From assembly GCA_963668315.1 (NCBI GenBank), contig OY764216.1, positions 3,744,001 through 3,808,000 of the forward strand: 64,000 nucleotides of DNA, written 5' to 3'. The DNA is from Spirochaetia bacterium. Its GTDB lineage: Bacteria > Spirochaetota > Spirochaetia > DSM-2461. Below the pieces are notes generated by a model. That model did no database searches and had not been told where the DNA came from. It saw only the letters and a program-made list of their open reading frames with translations. This document shows, piece by piece, positions 58,838 through 64,000 of the stretch (within the stretch, counting starts at the first letter, position 1; every line of letters begins with the position of its first letter). Made by a program: the position numbers and the translations under genes.

Positions 58838-60856
58838 CTATTCGTTGATTATCTCCCGAATATGCCATTTAATCAAGTTATAGTTATTATCACGGGGCAG
58901 GACAATCCAGGCGCCCAGATAGTAATTGTCATCGGCCAGAGCCGCTTCCTGGTCCTCTCGGGAAAGCCTGTAAAGATTGCTGTAGCTTTCGTAAAGAACA
59001 TTGGTGGCATCGATAACATTACGGCTGTCCAGACTGTTCTTCCTGTATTTCATGACGTCCCGGACAAGTGTGCCGGGCGACATATTCGTCTCTGTATATT
59101 TCACGGCGGCCCGGACGAAATCGGTGAGCTTATCCGCATCGGAAAGGCCCATGTTCTTCAGTTTGTCGAAAATGGCCCCGATTATCAGCTGCTGCCGCCG
59201 GGAACGGGAATAATCGTTTGTCGTGTGCCGGGAACGGGCTACACGCAGCGCCCCCAGGCCGTCCAGGTGAATCGGTCCGGCAGGATAATTCAAGGTTGTC
59301 CAGACGCCGTTTTCCTTGATATGGTACGTGGGGTCGCTCAGGGGCTCTTCCAGCTCCACATCGATCCCGCCGAGGATATTGATCACATCGATGAAAGCGT
59401 ACATGTCTATGGCCATATATTTATCGATCTGCAGACCGGACAGCTCGGAAACGTCCGACGCCAGGGCATCGATACCGTAATAGCGGTACACGCTGTTAAG
59501 CTTTCTGTTCTTGAACCAGAGGTCCCGGGGAATACTGATCATCTTGATGTCTCCCGTTTTGCCGCTGGTATGAACCAGGATGATCGTATCGGCATTCCCC
59601 TCATGGGACCCGACGACCATATAGGTCTCCTCATCGGCGGAAGAGTATACATCATCGATGACGCCCACATCCTCCCCCTTCCAGGAGCTGTCCAGGTCAA
59701 GGGTGACATGATTTTCGGTCATGGTTCTGAATGACCTGAGCACCACATCGTCCCCGTCCAGCAGATAGATCTCACCGGTGCCCTCCAGAAGGGCGAAGGA
59801 GCCTACCCGTTTATCCTGGCTATCGTAGAAATCCCAGTTCTTGTAATCCGTATCCTCGCTTTCCCTTATCTCGGGGGACAGGGTAAGCCCTCTCTGTTCA
59901 AGATAATCGGCAAAGCCCTGTTCCTGAATCACGGAAATAAGGAAATCCTTAACTTCATCATCACGGATTTCCTTATCGGTCCGGCCGTCCAGATTTTCAA
60001 GGTACCCTATAAGCGCCGCTTCAAAACTGTCCCAGTCATTATATGAAGTCCCGCCCAGGTACAGGGTCCCCTCTTTCTTGATGACCCCGGCCTTCTCTTT
60101 TACGATATAATCGGAAAGCCTGATAAGCAGATCGAAGCTCTCTGCCGAATCTACGGTTCTCAGATTCAGCTCCTTTTCCTGGATAAGTCCCTGAAGTCCG
60201 CTTCTGCGGGGAAACTGGGACAGCTGAGCAGTCCACTCCGCGGTTTTTCGGGCGATGGAGGCCACTTCCTCCTGATAGCCCTTGATGAACGCCGTCATCG
60301 TACCGCTGTCTGCCACGGTGCCTTCCCGGCCGAAACTGTCCGTGACGCGGGCGGAACCGTCCTCATCCACGGTAAAACTGACGATCTCCTCGCCCCCGGC
60401 ATAGAACGCCCCGGAGAGGGTTGACTGAAACCGGAAGGTGATATTCTGCGTTTGGAGCCATCGCTGAAAGGGGGGATTCATAATCTGCTCGTCAAATAGT
60501 TCCCTCGAGCGGTAATCCACGTTCACTTCCAAGAGATAATCCAGAGCTTCGTAAAAAACATCCTTCTGTTTTTCCTTGATCAGTTCGGGGTCTACTTCAC
60601 CGTTCTCTTCCTCCGCCCCGTAATCGAGATTGAGCGGCTCCATGCCATTCTGAAAAAGCAGTTTATTCGTTCCCGCGGCCAGCATGTTCACGTTCTCTGC
60701 CGTTCTGTCTATGATATTCCTTGACTGCTCCAGTCCGCCCGTTACATTTTCCGTAAGCCTATCGATCTCTTTCCCCATGGAAAGATTCTGGATAAAAAGG
60801 AGCGCGAAGAGCCCAATGCTCGTTATAATGAGAAATATTTGCAGTAGCCGTTTCAA
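58838..60856 (-). CDS. LCP (LytR-CpsA-Psr) family protein with long N-terminal periplasmic extension
   Basis: N-terminal TM; DTIILV, ISIPRDLW, KLNSVY, LGGIDV, ALRVARSRHTTNDYSRSRRQQ. Confidence 0.88.
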   Translation of the reverse strand: MKRLLQIFLIITSIGLFALLFIQNLSMGKEIDRLTENVTGGLEQSRNIIDRTAENVNMLAAGTNKLLFQNGMEPLNLDYGAEEENGEVDPELIKEKQKDVFYEALDYLLEVNVDYRSRELFDEQIMNPPFQRWLQTQNITFRFQSTLSGAFYAGGEEIVSFTVDEDGSARVTDSFGREGTVADSGTMTAFIKGYQEEVASIARKTAEWTAQLSQFPRRSGLQGLIQEKELNLRTVDSAESFDLLIRLSDYIVKEKAGVIKKEGTLYLGGTSYNDWDSFEAALIGYLENLDGRTDKEIRDDEVKDFLISVIQEQGFADYLEQRGLTLSPEIRESEDTDYKNWDFYDSQDKRVGSFALLEGTGEIYLLDGDDVVLRSFRTMTENHVTLDLDSSWKGEDVGVIDDVYSSADEETYMVVGSHEGNADTIILVHTSGKTGDIKMISIPRDLWFKNRKLNSVYRYYGIDALASDVSELSGLQIDKYMAIDMYAFIDVINILGGIDVELEEPLSDPTYHIKENGVWTTLNYPAGPIHLDGLGALRVARSRHTTNDYSRSRRQQLIIGAIFDKLKNMGLSDADKLTDFVRAAVKYTETNMSPGTLVRDVMKYRKNSLDSRNVIDATNVLYESYSNLYRLSREDQEAALADDNYYLGAWIVLPRDNNYNLIKWHIREIINE

Positions 60857-61741
60857 TTAACCTCTCCTCTCCAGTGCTCTCTCGGCGGAAAGAACGGTAT
60901 TATAGAGAAGCATGGTAATGGTCATCGGTCCGACTCCTCCGGGAACGGGCGTTATAAAGGAAGCCTTATCCTTAATACCCTCAAAATCCACATCACCGGC
61001 AAGGCGGTATCCCCTTTTTTTCGTATCATCGGGAACCCGGTTGACTCCCACGTCGATGACAACAGCCCCCTCCCTGACCATATCGGCGGTAATCATGGCG
61101 GGACGGCCTGCCGCGGCGATAAGGATATCGGCCCGGAGGGTGTGTTCCTTGAGATTCCTAGTGCCCGTATGGCAGACAGTAACCGTGGCGTTTCCGGGAT
61201 TTCCCTTCTGAAGCAGCATATTGGCGATGGGCTTTCCCACGATATTGCTTCGTCCGACGACAACGATTTCGGCTCCTGAGGTGGGTATCTCCTTCTCTTC
61301 AAGAAGCTTGATGATTCCGTGGGGCGTACAGGGCAGAAAAGTTTCCTGCCCCAGCATCATCTTCCCCACACTGACGGGGTGAAATCCGTCCACATCCTTC
61401 AGGGGGTTGATTCTTTCGATGACCCGATCGCTGTCGATATGGGCGGGCAGAGGAAGCTGTACGAGAATACCGTGAATGGCGGGATCCTCATTCAGCCCGT
61501 CGATAATCGAAAGAAGCTGCTCTTCCGTCGTGTCAGCCGGCTTTCTGATATCCCGGGAGTAAAGTCCCATCTCCTCGCAGGCCTTTTCCTTCGCTGTGAC
61601 ATAAGAGCGGCTGGCGGGATCGTCCCCTATAAGCACCACGGCTAGTCCCGGTTTCATGCCGCGCCTGGTTAAAAGTGCCGCCTTCTCCTTCAGTTCGTCC
61701 CTTATTCGGGATGCCGTTGCTTTACCGTCTATTAAACTCAT
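60857..61741 (-). CDS. folD: Methylenetetrahydrofolate dehydrogenase/cyclohydrolase
   Basis: [43 protein letters not shown]. Confidence 0.97.
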   Translation of the reverse strand: MSLIDGKATASRIRDELKEKAALLTRRGMKPGLAVVLIGDDPASRSYVTAKEKACEEMGLYSRDIRKPADTTEEQLLSIIDGLNEDPAIHGILVQLPLPAHIDSDRVIERINPLKDVDGFHPVSVGKMMLGQETFLPCTPHGIIKLLEEKEIPTSGAEIVVVGRSNIVGKPIANMLLQKGNPGNATVTVCHTGTRNLKEHTLRADILIAAAGRPAMITADMVREGAVVIDVGVNRVPDDTKKRGYRLAGDVDFEGIKDKASFITPVPGGVGPMTITMLLYNTVLSAERALERRG

Positions 61742-61826
61742 ATATCACAAACCTCTCACATAACTCTTGTTGATGAATAATATAAATTATGATAGTATCA
61801 CAGTACTTTTGAGAAGAGGAATAGCA

Positions 61827-62447
61827 TTGAAAATAAAAAAGATATTATTTTTTCCGTTGCTTATGATATTAGCACTGTACGGCACTCTTTTTGCACAGGA
61901 AGATGACATCAATGAAGAGTTTGTACTCTCCTATCATTCGAAAGGTGATCAGACTTTCTCTATCGAAATGGGACTCTTTATCCCCATGGTCACGATTGAT
62001 CCGACTCCGGGCTCCGGCAAAGCCGTCGACAGTCTTTCGGGCCAGATGAATCTGGGAGGGACTGGTTTTCTCAGTTACTGCGGATACCTTAACAGTAATC
62101 TGCGTATCGGCGGGGAATTCGGAGGTATGTTCGCCTCTTCCCTGAATGAGAATATGTTTTATATTGTTCCCCTTATGGTGAAAACCGTTTACGACATTAA
62201 TATCAACACCTATTTTACGGTGCCCCTTTATCTGAGCGCCGGAATCAGCTTCAACAGTTACGACGATCTGTTCATGGTAGATCCCATTGTCAAGCCGGGA
62301 TTCGGCCTGAACTGGAATTACGATTCCGAATGGAGTTTCATCACCAAGTATACTGTCTGGATTATTCCCGAGATCACCAAAGCAGACGATCAGAGCCGCA
62401 TCGGTGTCTTTTCGGACCTCCGCGTGGGCGTTGAATATCATTTCTAA
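61827..62447 (+). CDS. TP0733/BB0027-like small (OmpW-type) outer-membrane beta-barrel
   Basis: TTG start after SD GAGGA, signal peptide, alternating beta strands (GDQTFSIEMGLFIP, VPLYLSAGISF, KPGFGLNWNY), terminal VEYHF; divergent from folD. Confidence 0.7.
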   Translation: MKIKKILFFPLLMILALYGTLFAQEDDINEEFVLSYHSKGDQTFSIEMGLFIPMVTIDPTPGSGKAVDSLSGQMNLGGTGFLSYCGYLNSNLRIGGEFGGMFASSLNENMFYIVPLMVKTVYDININTYFTVPLYLSAGISFNSYDDLFMVDPIVKPGFGLNWNYDSEWSFITKYTVWIIPEITKADDQSRIGVFSDLRVGVEYHF

Positions 62448-62456
62448 GAGGCATAC

Positions 62457-63686
62457 ATGAGAGAAAACTTACAAAAATTACTTCCCCTGTTTATTTTAAC
62501 CCTATTAATGGCAGCCTGTTCCGGTGAAGGGCTTTTCTATACCATTGAGAACGAAGAAAAAATCGTTGACAATAACATGGAAAATGTGAAATTTGAAAAG
62601 GTTATTGTCATCGACGGCGGTACCAATGAGTACTATGTGGCCCTGGGATCGCGGATCTGGTATAGAGAGATTTCCGGCAGCGCCTGGAATGTCCTGTCTC
62701 TTCCCGGTTCGGCCACCCACATCTCCTCCATGGTTCAATATAACAGCGATATTCTTTATACCGTAAGAACAGGAGACGGAAGCGCTATCTACAAGATTGA
62801 TGATCCGGGTACTAACGGAATGAGCGTCGGTTCCCTTATTTCAAACTCTACGACAGGCCCCTCCGTTTCCGGTAATTACGTGAACTACCGGTTATTTGCC
62901 GACAGTGACGGTTCGGTCCTTTGCCTGAATATTTTTGAGACCGAAGATGATGATGACCTGACACCCTACAGTTCGGCTCTTTACACCGCCGGCGCTGCTG
63001 ATATCACGGATTTTTCCGATTTCACGGTTTCCGCCGCAGCGGCTCTTGACCTTAATAATAAACCGGTCAAGAGCATGGCCTTTGATGCCGGTTCGAATGC
63101 CTGGCTTATCTACAACGACATAAACAGCGGGGATGATGATTATGACGATCTGGGCTCCCACGGAGTATTGATATCCTCCGCCGATAATTTCGGCAGCGAT
63201 GCGACTGTTGAATCAGGCCAGGGTGCGGGGTTCTACCAGACCGTTCATTACGATACGTCCAACAACGTTCTTCTCTTGAGCATCCGGACGGAATATTCTA
63301 CCAGCGGCTCTTCTTTCAATCTTTCCTATTATTACGGATCAGCCTGGACAACCGCTCCGTGGGGCTACGGTTTCAATGATTTTCTCTTTGATACGAATCT
63401 TACCAGCGGCGACAACTATATGATCGGCTGCACCATGAGTGATAACGTAACAAGCGCCGACGGCTATACTCTTCTGAATATTTCGGATATTGCCACCGGT
63501 ATATCATCCCTGGAAGACAGCGACATCATTGCCGATGAAGACAACTACAGCAGCAGCGACCTGATAGATTCGGCCATCTACAGCATGGATATCTATCTTA
63601 ACGGTTCCGATTATATTCTCCTTGCCGGGACCTCATCGGGAATCTGGACACTGAACAGCACCACGATGGTGTGGTCTCAGGAATAA
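62457..63686 (+). CDS. Acidic beta-rich lipoprotein (BB0028/TP0136-like, possible beta-propeller)
   Basis: Lipobox LLMAAC followed by GLFYTIENE; propeller-like C-terminal LLAGTSSGIW. Confidence 0.5.
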   Translation: MRENLQKLLPLFILTLLMAACSGEGLFYTIENEEKIVDNNMENVKFEKVIVIDGGTNEYYVALGSRIWYREISGSAWNVLSLPGSATHISSMVQYNSDILYTVRTGDGSAIYKIDDPGTNGMSVGSLISNSTTGPSVSGNYVNYRLFADSDGSVLCLNIFETEDDDDLTPYSSALYTAGAADITDFSDFTVSAAAALDLNNKPVKSMAFDAGSNAWLIYNDINSGDDDYDDLGSHGVLISSADNFGSDATVESGQGAGFYQTVHYDTSNNVLLLSIRTEYSTSGSSFNLSYYYGSAWTTAPWGYGFNDFLFDTNLTSGDNYMIGCTMSDNVTSADGYTLLNISDIATGISSLEDSDIIADEDNYSSSDLIDSAIYSMDIYLNGSDYILLAGTSSGIWTLNSTTMVWSQE

Positions 63687-63748
63687 AAAAAGAGGATCGG
63701 CAACCGATCCCCTTATCACGAAAAGCCCGTCCCAGGACGGGCTTTTTT
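63685..63748. terminator. Two hairpins between convergent genes (bidirectional termination)
   Basis: GGATCGG-CAA-CCGATCC preceded by an A-tract; AAAAGCCCGTC-CCAG-GACGGGCTTTTTT. Confidence 0.85.
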
Positions 63749-63999
63749 CATCCTCTGACCATTTTAAAAACGTCCCTCAGCTCCGGGTCCTGTTTATAGT
63801 AATGCTCTTCCAGTTCTTCTTCGGATAGGCCGACGAGCTCATGGCTCATATAGTGAATCCAGAGATTATCCTCCGGTTTCTCTATGACGAACTTGCGGCA
63901 CCAGTAATCGGGCTGAACGTCGAGATGATTGTTTTTCCTCTCTCCGTAGCGTACATCCTTATAGTCATGAACGGCGACTTTCACGTCTTCACGGGGAAT
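63748..63999 (-). CDS. C-terminal part of a probable phosphoribosyltransferase-family protein (start outside window)
   Basis: Frame open to the window edge: IPREDVKVAVHDYK...PDYW...WIHYMSHELVGLSEEE resembles PRT C-termini (xRIAxxYYKP..PDYY..WLVFPHELxGL). Confidence 0.4.
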   Translation of the reverse strand: MPREDVKVAVHDYKDVRYGERKNNHLDVQPDYWCRKFVIEKPEDNLWIHYMSHELVGLSEEELEEHYYKQDPELRDVFKMVRG

Positions 64000-64000
64000 C

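Noticed and set aside
1..64000. CRISPR array, IS/transposase, prophage, toxin-antitoxin or anti-phage defence genes
   Set aside because: No regularly spaced repeats or diagnostic motifs were found by eye; short degenerate elements could be missed.

Overview
Bacterial chromosomal window, most likely from a free-living spirochaete. This is inferred from spirochaete-type families: a DUF5312-like protein, a TP0733/BB0027-like barrel beside folD, and a pallilysin-related lipoprotein. It opens with the 3' part of pyruvate:ferredoxin oxidoreductase, a C39-like peptidase and rnhA. About 37 kb (3.7-40.6 kb) is then a surface-glycan locus. It holds three Wzi-like outer-membrane barrels, two PglK-like ABC flippases, two initiating phosphoglycosyltransferases (WecA-type and WcaJ-type) and a GtrA/GtrB/GT-C triad. 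It also holds about 14 soluble glycosyltransferase(-like) genes, UDP-GlcA/UDP-GalA/UDP-Xyl synthesis, an ADP-heptose module with a GT9, and a MarR-type regulator with a palindromic operator; its core is AT-rich. No Wzx, Wzy, Wza or Wzc is recognisable. The rest is housekeeping and envelope genes: purN, purM, cmoA, djlA, argS, carAB, tRNA-Glu and tRNA-Gln, lysC, nrnA, an unusual long LCP protein, folD, an OMP and a lipoprotein. The most notable non-coding signal is that at least eight genes have a -10 box 6-7 nt upstream of ATG with no Shine-Dalgarno, i.e. probable leaderless mRNAs. Two of them share a 17-bp palindrome as a bidirectional promoter. No CRISPR array, IS element or prophage was seen. 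All family calls are by-eye motif recognition, not database searches.
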